Positions 10,927 through 21,336 of a stretch of 59,430 nt of DNA are shown one piece after another; the stretch's first letter is position 1; each line of letters opens with the position of its first letter. This stretch comes from Fidelibacterota bacterium (GTDB taxonomy: Bacteria; Pseudomonadota; Alphaproteobacteria; Rhodospirillales; Rhodospirillaceae), in assembly GCA_947475365.1 (NCBI GenBank), contig CANJOI010000001.1, forward strand, positions 1 through 59,430, read 5' to 3'. Under the pieces are notes generated by a model. It was given only the letters and a program-made list of their open reading frames with translations. It did no database searches and was not told where the DNA came from. A program made the translations under genes and the position numbers.

Positions 10927-11424
10927 TTAGACCTCTTCCGGAGCGGCCTCTTCCGTGGAGGCCAGGGACTTCGCCAGCTCATAGATGCGCCGGCGGACGT
11001 GATAGTCGGTGATCCGGTAGTAGGCGCGCACCAGTTCAAGGGTTTCGCGCTTGGTCATGGGATCGTTCTCGCGAGGTGTAACGTCGCGGCTTTCGCCGGA
11101 GAGGTTGCGCGGCGACGCCGAGGCCGTGGCTTCGTCCATATCCTCGAAGAAGAACGCCATGGAGCAGTCCAGGACGCGCGACAGGTCCCACAGGCGCGAA
11201 GCGCCGATGCGGTTCGCGCCACGCTCGTATTTCTGCACTTGCTGGAAGGTCAGTCCGATGGCTTCGCCGAGCTTTTCCTGGCTCATGCCGAGCAGGGTGC
11301 GGCGCAAGCGCACGCGGCTGCCGACGTGCACATCGACCGGGTTGGGCTTGCCTGAGGGCATGCGGCCGCGGGTGGAGCGGACAGGGCCCTGCTCTTCGAA
11401 ATCGTCCTTTTGTGCTAAACCCAT
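10927..11424 (-). CDS. XRE-family helix-turn-helix transcriptional regulator
   Basis: 165-aa ORF whose HTH_3 core is VGSRVRLRRTLLGMSQEKLGEAIGLTFQQVQKYERGANRIGASRLWDLSRVL. Confidence 0.85.
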   Translation of the reverse strand: MGLAQKDDFEEQGPVRSTRGRMPSGKPNPVDVHVGSRVRLRRTLLGMSQEKLGEAIGLTFQQVQKYERGANRIGASRLWDLSRVLDCSMAFFFEDMDEATASASPRNLSGESRDVTPRENDPMTKRETLELVRAYYRITDYHVRRRIYELAKSLASTEEAAPEEV

Positions 11425-11663
11425 AATCTACCTGTTGGCTTGGGTGAGGTTCCGTAACGCTACGTCAGTCCGGTTCGCAAGTCTACCGAACGTTGAGTGC
11501 CAGCCGCATCCTCACCACTTACGCTATACGTAAGATATTGAAATTACATGTAGTGAGGACCCCGGCGCGGCCCGTGATCTTTTTTAGTCTCACTCCAATG
11601 TAGCGAAAACAATCACACCCCAGCTCGCGCGGGAATAACCTCAGGTAGAATAAGTCGCGAGAC

Positions 11664-13271
11664 TTATCGTCCTTGGCGCCGCCGAAAAATAAACGCCGCC
11701 AGACCCCCAAAAGTTGCGGCGAGCAACGGCAGGATGTTGCGCAGCGTGCCGAACAGGGTGAATTCCGCCGCCGGCTGCGGGAGGGCCACGTCCAGCACGC
11801 CCTTGATCCCAAGCCCCAGTGACTCCCGGGTGCGGCCGTAGCCGTCGATCACCGCCGAGATCCCGGTATTGGCGACGCGTACCAGGGGCAGGCCCTCTTC
11901 CACCGCCCGCAGCCGCGCGGCGGCGTAATGCTGGTAAGGCCCCCAGCTCATGCCGAACCAGGCGTCATTGGTGAGGTTGAGCAGCCACCGGGGTTTGGGG
12001 CCGGTCCAGGGCGTGACCGCGCCCGAGAAGATCGCTTCGTAGCAGATCAACGGCGCGAACGGCGGCAGGCCGGGGACCGCCAGGGTCTTGAGGCCCGCGC
12101 CCTTGCTGAAATCGCCCACGCCTTCGGTGAGCTTTTTGAACGGGATCAGCCAGCGCAGCGGCATGTACTCGCCGTAGGGCACCAGATGGGTTTTGTCGTA
12201 GGTGGCTTCGATCGCGCTGGTGTCCGTCAACGCGAACAGCGAATTGTAAATCTGCACCTCGCCGTTTTCGTCACGGATGCCGCGGTCGGCGCCGGTGATG
12301 AGCAGGCCGTTCTCCGGCGCGGCCGCCGCCAGAAGGCGGCGCCCCTGGTCCGAAGCGTTAAGCGAGAACAGCGGCGGCACGGCGGCCTCGCCCCAGATGA
12401 CGGCGCTCGACCCGGCCGGCCGGTTTTCTTGCGAAAGCCGCAGGTAGTCGCGGATATGGTCGGGCCACAAATCCGGCCGCGCGCGATCCGCCTGGGAGAT
12501 GTTGCCCTGGACCAGGCGCAGTTTTATGCCCTCGACCGTCGCGTCACCGGCGCCCGTGAGGCGCACAGCGCCTCCGGCCGCGAACACGAGGAGCACGGCG
12601 GCGGGGGCGAGCGCCACGATCCAGGTGCGGCGCTCACGGAACGGCGTGCCCAGGATCGCCGGCGCGGCCGCGGCCAGGACCGTGAACAATGTCAGGCCAT
12701 AGGTGCCGATCAGCGCGGTCACCTGAATCATCGGCACCCCCACCGGCGTCATTTCTTCTGACCACACCGTGGCGATGGGATTCCAGGCGAAGCCCGTGAA
12801 CAGCCAGCCGCGGATCCATTCCACCACGGTCCAGGCGCTGGCGAAGAACACCACACGCGGCACGTAGACCGCGAAGCGCTCATAGGGCAGGTCGTCCTTG
12901 CCGGGCGGCGGAAACAGGTGCGTCACACCGCAGACCACGGCGATATACAGCGCGAAACCGGCGCTCAAGGCGGCCACGGCAGGCCAGGCGAACGCGCCGA
13001 AGGTGTCGGCGTCCACGTAGAAGGCGTTGGCGATCCAGTGAAAGCTCACCAGGAAATAGCCGAAGCCGAACGCCCAGCCCGTAGCGGTGGCGCTCCATCG
13101 CGTTTCACATCCGTCCAGCAGCCACAACAGCACCGGGAACGCCACCCAGAGCAGCGGAAAGGCCGACACCGGCGGATAGGCGACGATTGCCAACGCGCCC
13201 GTGGCGAAGGCCAGGATCAGCCGCTGCCAGGGGGTGACGGAGGACAGGCGCCCCGCGAGTCCGCCCATCAT
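11664..13271 (-). CDS. lnt: Apolipoprotein N-acyltransferase
   Basis: The track ORF (706 aa, 11664..13784) starts in an alternate frame of corC. The real start is ATGATG at 13271 (MMGGLAGRLSSVTPWQRLILAFATGALAIVAYPP...). The protein has a multi-TM N-terminus and a CN-hydrolase domain (LICYEAIF, NLTNDAWFG). Confidence 0.9.
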   Translation of the reverse strand: MMGGLAGRLSSVTPWQRLILAFATGALAIVAYPPVSAFPLLWVAFPVLLWLLDGCETRWSATATGWAFGFGYFLVSFHWIANAFYVDADTFGAFAWPAVAALSAGFALYIAVVCGVTHLFPPPGKDDLPYERFAVYVPRVVFFASAWTVVEWIRGWLFTGFAWNPIATVWSEEMTPVGVPMIQVTALIGTYGLTLFTVLAAAAPAILGTPFRERRTWIVALAPAAVLLVFAAGGAVRLTGAGDATVEGIKLRLVQGNISQADRARPDLWPDHIRDYLRLSQENRPAGSSAVIWGEAAVPPLFSLNASDQGRRLLAAAAPENGLLITGADRGIRDENGEVQIYNSLFALTDTSAIEATYDKTHLVPYGEYMPLRWLIPFKKLTEGVGDFSKGAGLKTLAVPGLPPFAPLICYEAIFSGAVTPWTGPKPRWLLNLTNDAWFGMSWGPYQHYAAARLRAVEEGLPLVRVANTGISAVIDGYGRTRESLGLGIKGVLDVALPQPAAEFTLFGTLRNILPLLAATFGGLAAFIFRRRQGR

Positions 13272-13281
13272 CTGCTGGCCG

Positions 13282-14208
13282 TCATTTGGGAGCCGGCGGG
13301 GCGGGTAAATTGCGTATGCGCAATTGCCGCACGCGGCGAGGGTCGCTCTCGATGATCTCGAACTCGATGCCGGAGTCATGTTTGACCAGGGCGCCGCGGC
13401 TCGGCACGCGCCCGCCGATACTGATGACAAGGCCGCCCAGGGTGTCGGCCTGCTCGCGCTCCTCGTCGGTGAACACATTGCCGACGCGGGCTTCGAAATC
13501 GCTGAGCGCCACGCGGGCATCGGCGAAGATGGTGCCGTCCGGACCATCGCGCATCTGGGGCTCTTCGTCGGTGTCGTGTTCGTCCTCGATCTCACCGACG
13601 ATCTGCTCGACCACATCTTCGATGGTGAGCAGTCCATCGATGCCGCCGTACTCGTCGACCACCACGGCCATGTGGGTGCGCTTGAGGCGCATCTCGAGCA
13701 GAAGGTCGAGCACCCGCACCGCCGGCGACACGAACAGCACGCTCCGCACCATGTCGAGAAGTGTGCGCTTGTGCAGCGGCGCATGGGCGACGTCGACCTG
13801 CAGGCTTTGCTGAAGCGCGAACACCGCGAGGTCCTTGATGTGGATCAGGCCCAAAATCTCGTCGAGGGTCTCGCGATAAACCGGCAGCCGGGAATGGCCG
13901 CCGCCGGTCAGGAGTTCGAGCGCTTCCGCGAGCGGGGTCGAGGCTTCGATGGCGACGATATCGGCGCGCGGCACCATGATGTCGCGGGCGGTGACGTCGC
14001 GCAGCGCCAGCACATTGGAGAGCAGCAGGCGCTCGTTGGGGTCGATGGCGGCGTCGCCGTCGGCGCTTTCCTCGATGCGCTCCTCGATCAGTTCCTCAAT
14101 GACGTCGCGCACCGCCTCGGCGTCCTCGGTCTTGGCGCCGAGCCAGCGCTTGAGCGCGCGCATGAGGCGGGGCTTTTCGCCCGACGGCCGGGAGCCGGCT
14201 TCACTCAT
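13282..14208 (-). CDS. corC: CorC/YbeX-family protein (CBS pair plus CorC_HlyC domain)
   Basis: 308-aa ORF with RDIMVPRADIVAIE, VDEYGGIDGLLTIEDVVEQIVGEIEDEHD and a C-terminal transporter-associated domain. Its ATG overlaps the ybeY stop (ATGA at 14205..14208). Confidence 0.88.
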   Translation of the reverse strand: MSEAGSRPSGEKPRLMRALKRWLGAKTEDAEAVRDVIEELIEERIEESADGDAAIDPNERLLLSNVLALRDVTARDIMVPRADIVAIEASTPLAEALELLTGGGHSRLPVYRETLDEILGLIHIKDLAVFALQQSLQVDVAHAPLHKRTLLDMVRSVLFVSPAVRVLDLLLEMRLKRTHMAVVVDEYGGIDGLLTIEDVVEQIVGEIEDEHDTDEEPQMRDGPDGTIFADARVALSDFEARVGNVFTDEEREQADTLGGLVISIGGRVPSRGALVKHDSGIEFEIIESDPRRVRQLRIRNLPAPPAPK

Positions 14209-14744
14209 CGATGACGCGCCCGCACAAGTTTCTGCCGCGCGACATATGGATCGGCGATGTCCAAGGTCTTCAGGATGGAAATCTCCAGGCGTTCCATGGC
14301 GCGTGCATCGGTATCCTGCTCGTGATCATAGCCCAGGAGGTGGAGAACACCATGCACCACGAGGTGGGTGAGGTGTTCCTCCAGCGTCTTGTTCTCGGCT
14401 TTGGCGTCACGCGCGGTGACGCCTTTGGCCACCACCACGTCGCCCAGGATGGCCTCGCGCGCATCGTCCGGCGCGGCGCCCGCCCAGGCCGGAAACGACA
14501 GCACATCGGTCGGCTTGTTCTTGCCGCGATAGGTCGCGTTGAGTTTTTTGACCGCGGCGTCGGAGGTCAGCACGATCGCCAGCTCGACCACCGCGGATTT
14601 CGGTTTGCGCCGCGCGGCGACGCCGGTAAAGGCCGCCGCGGCCGCGCGCTTGCAGACGGAAGCCGCCGTACGCAGCGCACGCTTCCATTCCGCGGACACG
14701 GCGACGTCGATGACAAGCTTTTGCGTAGCGGGCCGTGCGGGCAT
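14205..14744 (-). CDS. ybeY: rRNA maturation endoribonuclease YbeY
   Basis: 179-aa ORF with the HLVVHGVLHLLGYDHE zinc motif. Confidence 0.93.
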   Translation of the reverse strand: MPARPATQKLVIDVAVSAEWKRALRTAASVCKRAAAAAFTGVAARRKPKSAVVELAIVLTSDAAVKKLNATYRGKNKPTDVLSFPAWAGAAPDDAREAILGDVVVAKGVTARDAKAENKTLEEHLTHLVVHGVLHLLGYDHEQDTDARAMERLEISILKTLDIADPYVARQKLVRARHR

Positions 14745-14747
14745 GGT

Positions 14748-15710
14748 TTAGCGCTGCTCCTCGCGTTTTCGCGCCGCGTCGCGGCGGTCATAGGCCTCGA
14801 CGATGCGCGTCACCAGATCGTGGCGCACGACGTCGCGGGCGCTGAAGGCGATGCGGCCGACGCCGTCGACGCCGTGCAGGGTTTCCAGGGCGTCCTGCAG
14901 GCCGGACATGGTGCCGCGCGGCAGGTCGACCTGGCTCAGGTCGCCGGTCACCACCATGCGCGAATTCTCGCCCATACGGGTCAGGGCCATCTTCATCTGC
15001 ATGGTGGTGGTGTTCTGCGCCTCATCCAAAATGATGAAGGCGTTGGAGAGTGTGCGTCCGCGCATGAAGGCGAGCGGCGCCACTTCGATCTCGCCGGAGA
15101 GCATGAGCTTGGTCACTTGATCGCCCGGCAGCATCTCGTGCAGGGCGTCGTAAAGCGGGCGAAGATAGGGGTCGACCTTCTCGCGCATGTCGCCGGGCAG
15201 GAAGCCCAGGCGTTCGCCGGCCTCGACCGCGGGGCGCGACAACACGATGCGGTCCACCGTGCCGGCCAGCTTCATGGCGACGGCCTTGGCGACCGCGATA
15301 TAGGTCTTGCCGGTGCCGGCGGGGCCGAGGGCGAACACCAGTTCAAAATCATTGAGCGCGCGCAAGTAAGACGCCTGCATGGGAGAGCGCGGCGAGATGT
15401 GACGCTTGCGCGTGCGGATGGTGAGGTCTTGTCCGTCGTCTTCCTCCGGGGCAAAGCGCGCCGCGCTGTCGATGTCTCCCACGTCGATGCGCGCGCCGCT
15501 GGCGAGGCGGCCGTACAGGCGGTCCAACGCCGCCGCCGCCGTGTCGACATGGTCCTTGGCGCCTTCGATGGTGATGGTGTTGCCGTGGGCGTGCATCGTC
15601 ACGTCCAGACGCTGCTCCAGGCGCGCGAGGTGGGCGTTGTGAGGGCCGACCAACTGCTGCAGAAGCGCGTTGTCGGAATACTCGCGGGTCAGATGGAGAG
15701 AGTCGGTCAC
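14748..15710 (-). CDS. phoH: PhoH-like ATPase (YbeZ)
   Basis: 320-aa ORF with Walker [17 protein letters not shown] and a PhoH signature region. Its GTG start overlaps the miaB stop (GTGA at 15707..15710). Confidence 0.92.
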   Translation of the reverse strand: MTDSLHLTREYSDNALLQQLVGPHNAHLARLEQRLDVTMHAHGNTITIEGAKDHVDTAAAALDRLYGRLASGARIDVGDIDSAARFAPEEDDGQDLTIRTRKRHISPRSPMQASYLRALNDFELVFALGPAGTGKTYIAVAKAVAMKLAGTVDRIVLSRPAVEAGERLGFLPGDMREKVDPYLRPLYDALHEMLPGDQVTKLMLSGEIEVAPLAFMRGRTLSNAFIILDEAQNTTTMQMKMALTRMGENSRMVVTGDLSQVDLPRGTMSGLQDALETLHGVDGVGRIAFSARDVVRHDLVTRIVEAYDRRDAARKREEQR

Positions 15711-17050
15711 TGGTGTGCGACTTGCGCTTCTGTGCCGGGAATGACCCCGCCCAGGCTGTTGGTTTCCAAATTGGTGATATGCACGGGCACGATCCGCCCG
15801 ATCAGGCTAGGGTCCGCCACCACATGCACGGCCTGGAGATAGGGGCTCTTGCCCACCAATTGGCCGGGGTTGCGGCCGGTGCCGGTGAGCAAAACGTCGA
15901 AGGTGCAGCCGACGCTGGCGGCGTTGAAGGCGCGCTGCTGGCGCGCGATCAGGGCCTGCAGGCGCGTCAAGCGCTCGCTGGCCACATCCTCGGGCACCTG
16001 GTCGCCCATGGTGCTCGCCGGCGTGCCGGGGCGGGCGCTGTACTTGAAGGTAAAGCACTGGGCGTAGTTGACCTCTTCCGCCAGCGCCATGGTGTCCTGG
16101 AAATCCGCATCGGTCTCGCCGGGGAAGCCGACGATGAAATCCGACGACAGCGCCAGGTCGGGGCGGTGCTTGCGCAAGGTCTCGACCGTGCGCAGGTAGT
16201 CGGCGCGGGTGTGACCGCGGTTCATGGCTTTAAGGATGCGGTCCGATCCCGCCTGCACGGGCAGGTGCAGGAACGGCATCAGCTGCGGCACGTCGCGGTG
16301 CGCTTCGATCAGCGCGGCATCCATGTCGCGGGGATGGGACGTCATGTAGCGGATGCGCGCGAGGCCATCGATCTTGGCGAGTTCACGGATCAACGCGCCC
16401 AAACCAGAGGCCCCGTTGTCGGTGGCGCCGTGATAGGCGTTCACATTCTGGCCGAGCAATGTCAGTTCACGCGCGCCGCCGGCGACCAGGCCGCGCGCTT
16501 CCTTCAACACCGCGGCCACAGGGCGTGAGTATTCGGCGCCGCGCGTGTAGGGCACCACGCAGAAGGTGCAGAATTTGTCGCAGCCCTCCTGCACCGACAG
16601 GAACGCGGCCGGACCTTCCTGGCGCGGCGCGGGCAGCAGGTCGAATTTGGATTCCACCGGAAACTCGGTGTCGATTATCCGGCGCTTCGCGTTCACCTCG
16701 CCGATCATTTGCGGCAGGCGGTGATAGGCCTGCGGACCCACCACGATGTCCACGAACGGCGCGCGCGCCATGATCTCGGCGCCTTCGGCCTGGGCGACGC
16801 AGCCGGCCACGGCGATGATCAGATCTTTCTCGGCTTTGAGCGGACGCAGGCGGCCGAGGTCGGAGAACACCTTCTCGGCGGCCTTCTCGCGGATGTGGCA
16901 GGTGTTGAGGATCACCATATCGGCGTCCTCGGGGTTTTCGGTGGTGGCGTAGCCGAGCGGGGCCAGGTCGTCGGCCATGCGGCTCGAATCGTAGACATTC
17001 ATCTGGCACCCGTAGGTGCGGATGAAGACTTTTTTGGCGGGGAGCGTCAT
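15707..17050 (-). CDS. miaB: tRNA-2-methylthio-N6-dimethylallyladenosine synthase MiaB
   Basis: Radical-SAM methylthiotransferase with [14 protein letters not shown] and [16 protein letters not shown]. The track start is TTG 17101; the first ATG is 17050 ([15 protein letters not shown]). Confidence 0.93.
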   Translation of the reverse strand: MTLPAKKVFIRTYGCQMNVYDSSRMADDLAPLGYATTENPEDADMVILNTCHIREKAAEKVFSDLGRLRPLKAEKDLIIAVAGCVAQAEGAEIMARAPFVDIVVGPQAYHRLPQMIGEVNAKRRIIDTEFPVESKFDLLPAPRQEGPAAFLSVQEGCDKFCTFCVVPYTRGAEYSRPVAAVLKEARGLVAGGARELTLLGQNVNAYHGATDNGASGLGALIRELAKIDGLARIRYMTSHPRDMDAALIEAHRDVPQLMPFLHLPVQAGSDRILKAMNRGHTRADYLRTVETLRKHRPDLALSSDFIVGFPGETDADFQDTMALAEEVNYAQCFTFKYSARPGTPASTMGDQVPEDVASERLTRLQALIARQQRAFNAASVGCTFDVLLTGTGRNPGQLVGKSPYLQAVHVVADPSLIGRIVPVHITNLETNSLGGVIPGTEAQVAHQ

Positions 17051-17113
17051 AGGCGTCTGTTTAGCGGTAATAGCCCGCGAAATCAAAGCGCCACCCGCCA
17101 AAATGTTGGTTTC

Positions 17114-17863
17114 TCAAGGGTTTTCCCGTCCCGCGAGCAACCGGGCGAATCCGTCGCGGGTCATGCGCTCGCAATGGGCGGCCAGGGCTTTGCGGTCGGG
17201 AAAGTCGGCCGCGGTCACCGGCGGGTGGAAGGTGATCTCACAGGTGATCCAGCCCAAACTCAGCAGGCGCCTGAGGTGCGGCATCAGGTCCATGTCGCCG
17301 TACCAGGCCACATAGGGCCGCCAGCCCACACCCATGGGCATGCCGTTGAGGCGGGTGTAGGCGATCGACACCGGCTGAATCGTCACCGGCTTTCCGGTTC
17401 CCTGGCGTTCCGCCACGGTGAACAGCGCGCTCTTGAACGGCTTCATGCGGTTGCCGTCGCCCGAGGTCGCTTCGGGAAACATGATGAGCGTGGCCCCGGC
17501 GTCGAGGCGGCCCTGAAGCTGATCGCGCGCCGCCTTTGTCGCCTGGCGTTTGCGGTCGATGAACACAACGCGCGCGATCTTCGACAGCGTGCCGAAGAAC
17601 GGCCAGCTCGCCAGTTCGGCCTTGGCCACGAATTCGCCGTTGATGGTGGCGCCCAGGGCGATGATGTCGAAATAGGAGATGTGATTGCTGACAACCAGGC
17701 GCGGGCGGGCCGTGGCCTGTTCTCCGCGCACGACCACCTTCAGCCCCAGCAGGCGGACCAGAAAGCGATAGTAGTCGCGCCGGAGACGCCCGGCGTCGAT
17801 GCGCAAGGCATGATGAATGAGCGTGAGTCCGGCAGAAAAAATCGCCGTGACGACAAAGATCAC
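17114..17863 (-). CDS. olsA: Lysophospholipid/lyso-ornithine-lipid acyltransferase (PlsC/AGPAT family), OlsA-like
   Basis: 249-aa ORF with NHISYFD (NHxxxxD) and FPEATSGDG acyltransferase motifs. It lies immediately downstream of an OlsB-like gene. Confidence 0.65.
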   Translation of the reverse strand: MIFVVTAIFSAGLTLIHHALRIDAGRLRRDYYRFLVRLLGLKVVVRGEQATARPRLVVSNHISYFDIIALGATINGEFVAKAELASWPFFGTLSKIARVVFIDRKRQATKAARDQLQGRLDAGATLIMFPEATSGDGNRMKPFKSALFTVAERQGTGKPVTIQPVSIAYTRLNGMPMGVGWRPYVAWYGDMDLMPHLRRLLSLGWITCEITFHPPVTAADFPDRKALAAHCERMTRDGFARLLAGRENP

Positions 17864-17922
17864 AAGCCGCGCGACGCTGAGGATCGACCCTCGCGTGGCG
17901 TGCGGCAGCGTGACGCTATCGG

Positions 17923-18909
17923 TTACGACGCTTGCTTGAATGACGCAACCTTGCGTTCGCCGAGGTCGTAGTGGCGCGTGTAGCGGTCCGCGATCAGGTC
18001 GGTCTTGACGATGATGCAGACGTCGGTGGTGTTGAACTGGTGGTCCACCACCGCGCCGTCGCCGATGAAGCCGCCGACGCGCAGATACCCTTTGAGCAGC
18101 GGCGGCAGGCTGGCCAGCGCACGCTTGGGATCGATCGATTCCTTGGGCAGAAGATTCATGTTCACGAAGCGCTCGGGCAGCGCCTTGGCGCGCAGGGCTT
18201 CAGGCGCCAGGTGATAGTGATAGAGGTACGAGAGCTGCACCGCGAGCTTCTCGGGATCGGTGCCGTGCAGGCTGGCGCAGCCGAACATCAGGTCGACATC
18301 GTGGCTGTTCAGGTATTCGGCGATCCCGCGCCACAGCAGCTGCATGGTCGCGCGGTCGCGGTAGCCGGCGTCGACGCAGGAGCGGCCCAGTTCCATCACC
18401 GTGCCGGGGAACGCCGCCAGGCGTGAGACATCGTATTCGGAGGCGGAGTAGAAGCCGCCGACGCTGCGCACATGCTCGCGGCGCATGACGCGGTAGGTGC
18501 CAACCACCTGGTTGCCGCCTTCGAGGCTCTGGTCGACAACGATCAGGTGATCGCAGACCGCGTCATACTGGTCGAAGTCGCGATGCAGTTTGAACATCTC
18601 GGGCGTCGGGTGCGCGCCCATCTCCTCGTAGAACACCCGGTAGCGCAGCGCCTGGGCCGCGTCGAGTTCGGCGGCGGAGGTGGCGAGGCGGATGATCTGT
18701 GTGCCGGCGGTGATCGGCGCGAAGCTGCGCACGCGGCTGGCGACGCCTGTGCTCGGCTGCGCGAAAACCGGCGTCCAGCCTTGGCGGGCGCGCTGCTCGT
18801 TCTTGCGCCGCTTCAGGAACTGCAAAGTCAGCGCGAGTGTGTCCTTGAGCTTGGACCCGGTCTTGCGCGTGAGCGACATGGTGGTGGAGAGGGTTTTCTT
18901 CGCCGCCAT
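17923..18909 (-). CDS. olsB: Ornithine-acyl-ACP N-acyltransferase-like GNAT (OlsB-like)
   Basis: Contains AAELDAAQALRYRVFYEEMGA and an Acetyltransf_5-like core. The track ORF extends to 19020, but its first codons include rare AT-rich codons (ACA GTT TTA TTA). ATG 18909 or 18879 is more plausible; the start remains uncertain. Confidence 0.65.
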   Translation of the reverse strand: MAAKKTLSTTMSLTRKTGSKLKDTLALTLQFLKRRKNEQRARQGWTPVFAQPSTGVASRVRSFAPITAGTQIIRLATSAAELDAAQALRYRVFYEEMGAHPTPEMFKLHRDFDQYDAVCDHLIVVDQSLEGGNQVVGTYRVMRREHVRSVGGFYSASEYDVSRLAAFPGTVMELGRSCVDAGYRDRATMQLLWRGIAEYLNSHDVDLMFGCASLHGTDPEKLAVQLSYLYHYHLAPEALRAKALPERFVNMNLLPKESIDPKRALASLPPLLKGYLRVGGFIGDGAVVDHQFNTTDVCIIVKTDLIADRYTRHYDLGERKVASFKQAS

Positions 18910-19198
18910 CGGAATCAAAGCCGGTAATAAAACTGTCATATTTTGAGTCCGTCCGTGTCTAACACGTGCGCTGTTTTTGCGGCGTCCAAAGAGCTTCAGT
19001 GTCGTGCGAAGAAGCGTCATGCAGGTTGTGCGGATGAAGCGCGCTCGTCACCCGATCCGAGTTTTTCTGCGCCCGCGGAAACCTCAAAGGGACCCTCTTA
19101 AGTGTCTCTTGTTATTGGTGTTTGCGACTGTGGCCGGAGACTAGGCTCCAACCACCCCCACTCGCAAGACCATATCCGCGAGGGTACTAGATGTCGTG

Positions 19199-19663
19199 TT
19201 ATCGTTCCGTGTCTTTTTCTGCATCTAGAGGTAACACAAACAGCTCCAGCCGGTGGCCTACCAGTTTGTAACCATGGCTTTTGGCGATCTCGTGCTGCAG
19301 GCGCTCAATCTCTTCGTTGCGGAACTCCACAACCTTTCCTGAACGCATATCGATCAGATGATCGTGGTGGTGGGCGGGGGTTTCTTCATAGCGGGCGCGG
19401 CCATCGCCGAACTCATGGCGTTCCACGATGCCCGCTTCCTCGAACAGCCGCACGGTACGGTAGACCGTGGCGATGGAAATTCCCGGATCTTCCGCCACCG
19501 CGCGCTTGTGGACCTCTTCGACGTCCGGGTGATCGTGAGAGTCCGATAGCACGCGCGCGATGATGCGCCGCTGCTCGGTCATCTTCATGCCCTTCTCGGC
19601 GCAGACGCGCTCGATCTGAGACGGCTCTCCCTGCCCCCGGACATTGCGCCGCACGGCTGTCAT
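19199..19663 (-). CDS. fur: Fur-family metalloregulator
   Basis: Contains MTEQRRIIARVL, ISIATVYRTVRLFEEAGIV and HHHDHLIDMRSGKVVEF. ATG 19663 is preceded by AAGGAGA at 6-nt spacing; the track ORF is over-extended to 19765. The metal specificity (Fur, Mur or Zur) cannot be told from the sequence. Confidence 0.85.
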   Translation of the reverse strand: MTAVRRNVRGQGEPSQIERVCAEKGMKMTEQRRIIARVLSDSHDHPDVEEVHKRAVAEDPGISIATVYRTVRLFEEAGIVERHEFGDGRARYEETPAHHHDHLIDMRSGKVVEFRNEEIERLQHEIAKSHGYKLVGHRLELFVLPLDAEKDTER

Positions 19664-19888
19664 ACCGGTCTCCTTGAATGACGAAAGGCTCTTGTCTTTG
19701 GTCGCGTATCCGGCCGGAAAACTGGGTCCACCTTTTCCGGAATACGCTTCAGTTGGCCATTCCATAGAGCAAAGTGCAAGGGACTGAAAGTCTGGGGAAA
19801 ATCATTCGCGAACGAATCGCAGCCGGGCGCCTTGCCGGGCCGTGCCGGGGTGTATAGGTAAGGCGTTCAGATCCGGGGAGCTTCCTCT

Positions 19889-20164
19889 GTGCAGCCCGTT
19901 ACAGACGCGGCCTATTTCATCGACATCACCGGAGAGGTCTGCCCGCTGACCTTCGTCAAGACCAAGCTGTTGCTGGAAAAGATGCCGCCCGGCGCCATCG
20001 CCACCGTCCGCCTGAAAGGCGCGCAGCCGTTGGACAATGTGCCCCGGTCGGTGAAGGCCCATGGGCATGAGGTGGTGTCGCTGGTGCCGGAAGTCGCGCC
20101 GTTGGGGCCTGACGGCGACGCCGATCCCCGGCTGCCGCATATCCTCACCATCCGCCGCGTTTAA
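19889..20164 (+). CDS. TusA/SirA-family sulfurtransferase-like small protein
   Basis: 91-aa ORF with a GTG start, containing DITGEVCPLTFVKTKLLLEKM, the conserved Cys-Pro of the TusA fold. Confidence 0.6.
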   Translation: MQPVTDAAYFIDITGEVCPLTFVKTKLLLEKMPPGAIATVRLKGAQPLDNVPRSVKAHGHEVVSLVPEVAPLGPDGDADPRLPHILTIRRV

Positions 20165-20586
20165 ATCGTCAGTTCCATGATCGCCGCGTCAATGCTGCCG
20201 GCGTAGTAGCCGGTGCGGCGGCCGCAAACCGCAAAGCCCTTACGCGTATAGAGCGCGAGCGCGGCCGTATTGTCCGTGGCCACTTCCAGGAACACGCGCC
20301 GGGTGGCGCCGGCACGCAGCACGCGCAGCATCTCGTCGATCAGCGCCGCCCCCGCGCCTTTGCGGCGCGCGTCCGGCGTCACCGCCACGGTCAGGATCTC
20401 GGCTTCATCGGCGGCGGCGCGGGCCAGCAGCAGCCCGTGGGGTGGGTCCCCCATGATCCAGCTGGCCACGCCCGGTTGCGACAGCATCGCCGCGAAGGAC
20501 TCCGCCGACCACGGGTCGGGAAACCCTGTCGCGTGCAGCGCCGCCATGAGCGGCGCGTCCAGAGCGGTGGCATGGCGCAAGGTCAT
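20161..20586 (-). CDS. rimI: Ribosomal-protein-alanine N-acetyltransferase RimI (GNAT)
   Basis: 141-aa GNAT (ILTVAVTPDARRKGAGAALIDEM...LEVATDNTAALALYTRKGF), overlapping tsaB as in the conserved tsaB-rimI pair. Confidence 0.85.
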   Translation of the reverse strand: MTLRHATALDAPLMAALHATGFPDPWSAESFAAMLSQPGVASWIMGDPPHGLLLARAAADEAEILTVAVTPDARRKGAGAALIDEMLRVLRAGATRRVFLEVATDNTAALALYTRKGFAVCGRRTGYYAGSIDAAIMELTI

Positions 20587-21224
20587 GACGGCAGGGTGAC
20601 CGCGGGCGGATGCACATAAACCGGCGCCGGTCCGCCGGGCTGCGGCGCGGTTTTGGCGGCAAGTGCCGCGAGGACGCCGAGGTCCACCAGGCTTGGCGCG
20701 GATGAAACGGCCGCGCGACCTTCGAAAGCGTGCGCCGCCGCGGCGTCACCTACGATCACCACCGGGCCGTCGATCCACGCCGGCAAAGCCTCAGCGCTCA
20801 AGGCTTCCGGTGCGCCGCGTGCCGCGCCATCCGTGCCGAACTGCTGCACATAAAAGTCGCCGCGCTTGGTGTCGATGGCGGCCAGGAGGCGCGCGCCTTT
20901 GCGTTCACTCTCCGGAATGGCTGCCGCCAAGGCTTCGGTGGTGAGGATGCCGACGGTGGGAACCTCCGACGCCAACGTCAGCCCGCGCGCGGCGGCGAGG
21001 CCGGAGCGCACGCCAGTGAAAGAGCCCGGCCCGGTGGTGACCGCGATGCGCGTGAGATCGGCGTAATTCACGCCCGCGGCTTTCATGACCCGGTCGATCA
21101 TGGGCATCAGGGCTTCCGCTTGCCCGCGTTCCATGAGTTCGCGCTCCTGCGCGAGGATCGCGCCGTCGCGCCAGACGGCGACGGAGCAGGCCGGGCCACT
21201 GCAATCGAAAGCTAAAATCAGCAT
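20583..21224 (-). CDS. tsaB: tRNA t6A biosynthesis protein TsaB (YeaZ)
   Basis: 213-aa ORF MLILAFDCSGPACSVAV...IAVTTGPGSFTGVRSGLAAARGL. Confidence 0.9.
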   Translation of the reverse strand: MLILAFDCSGPACSVAVWRDGAILAQERELMERGQAEALMPMIDRVMKAAGVNYADLTRIAVTTGPGSFTGVRSGLAAARGLTLASEVPTVGILTTEALAAAIPESERKGARLLAAIDTKRGDFYVQQFGTDGAARGAPEALSAEALPAWIDGPVVIVGDAAAAHAFEGRAAVSSAPSLVDLGVLAALAAKTAPQPGGPAPVYVHPPAVTLPS

Positions 21225-21336
21225 GGGGAGAACGTTGGGCCGAAGTGGAAGCCGGTTCGGCCGCTAAACATGCGACCAACAAAAAACACAATATTCGCTA
21301 TCATGCGGCGCGTCACCCACTTGCAGATGTACGGTC

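Noticed and set aside
11500-11668. An AT-rich intergenic stretch with palindromes (CTTACG-CTATA-CGTAAG at about 11517..11533; ATAAGTC-gcga-GACTTAT at about 11650..11667), considered as a possible sRNA or mobile-element end.
   Set aside because: It sits exactly where the promoter/operator of the XRE regulator gene and the end of lnt are expected. No terminal inverted repeats, target duplications or terminator-flanked transcription unit could be defined by eye.
19801-19820. Inverted repeat ATTCG-CGAA-CGAAT (containing the palindrome TTCGCGAA) in the fur / tusA-like divergent region, considered as a Fur box.
   Set aside because: It is short, GC-containing, and does not resemble the AT-rich GATAATGATAATCATTATC-type Fur consensus or any other operator I recognise. 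It could easily arise by chance.
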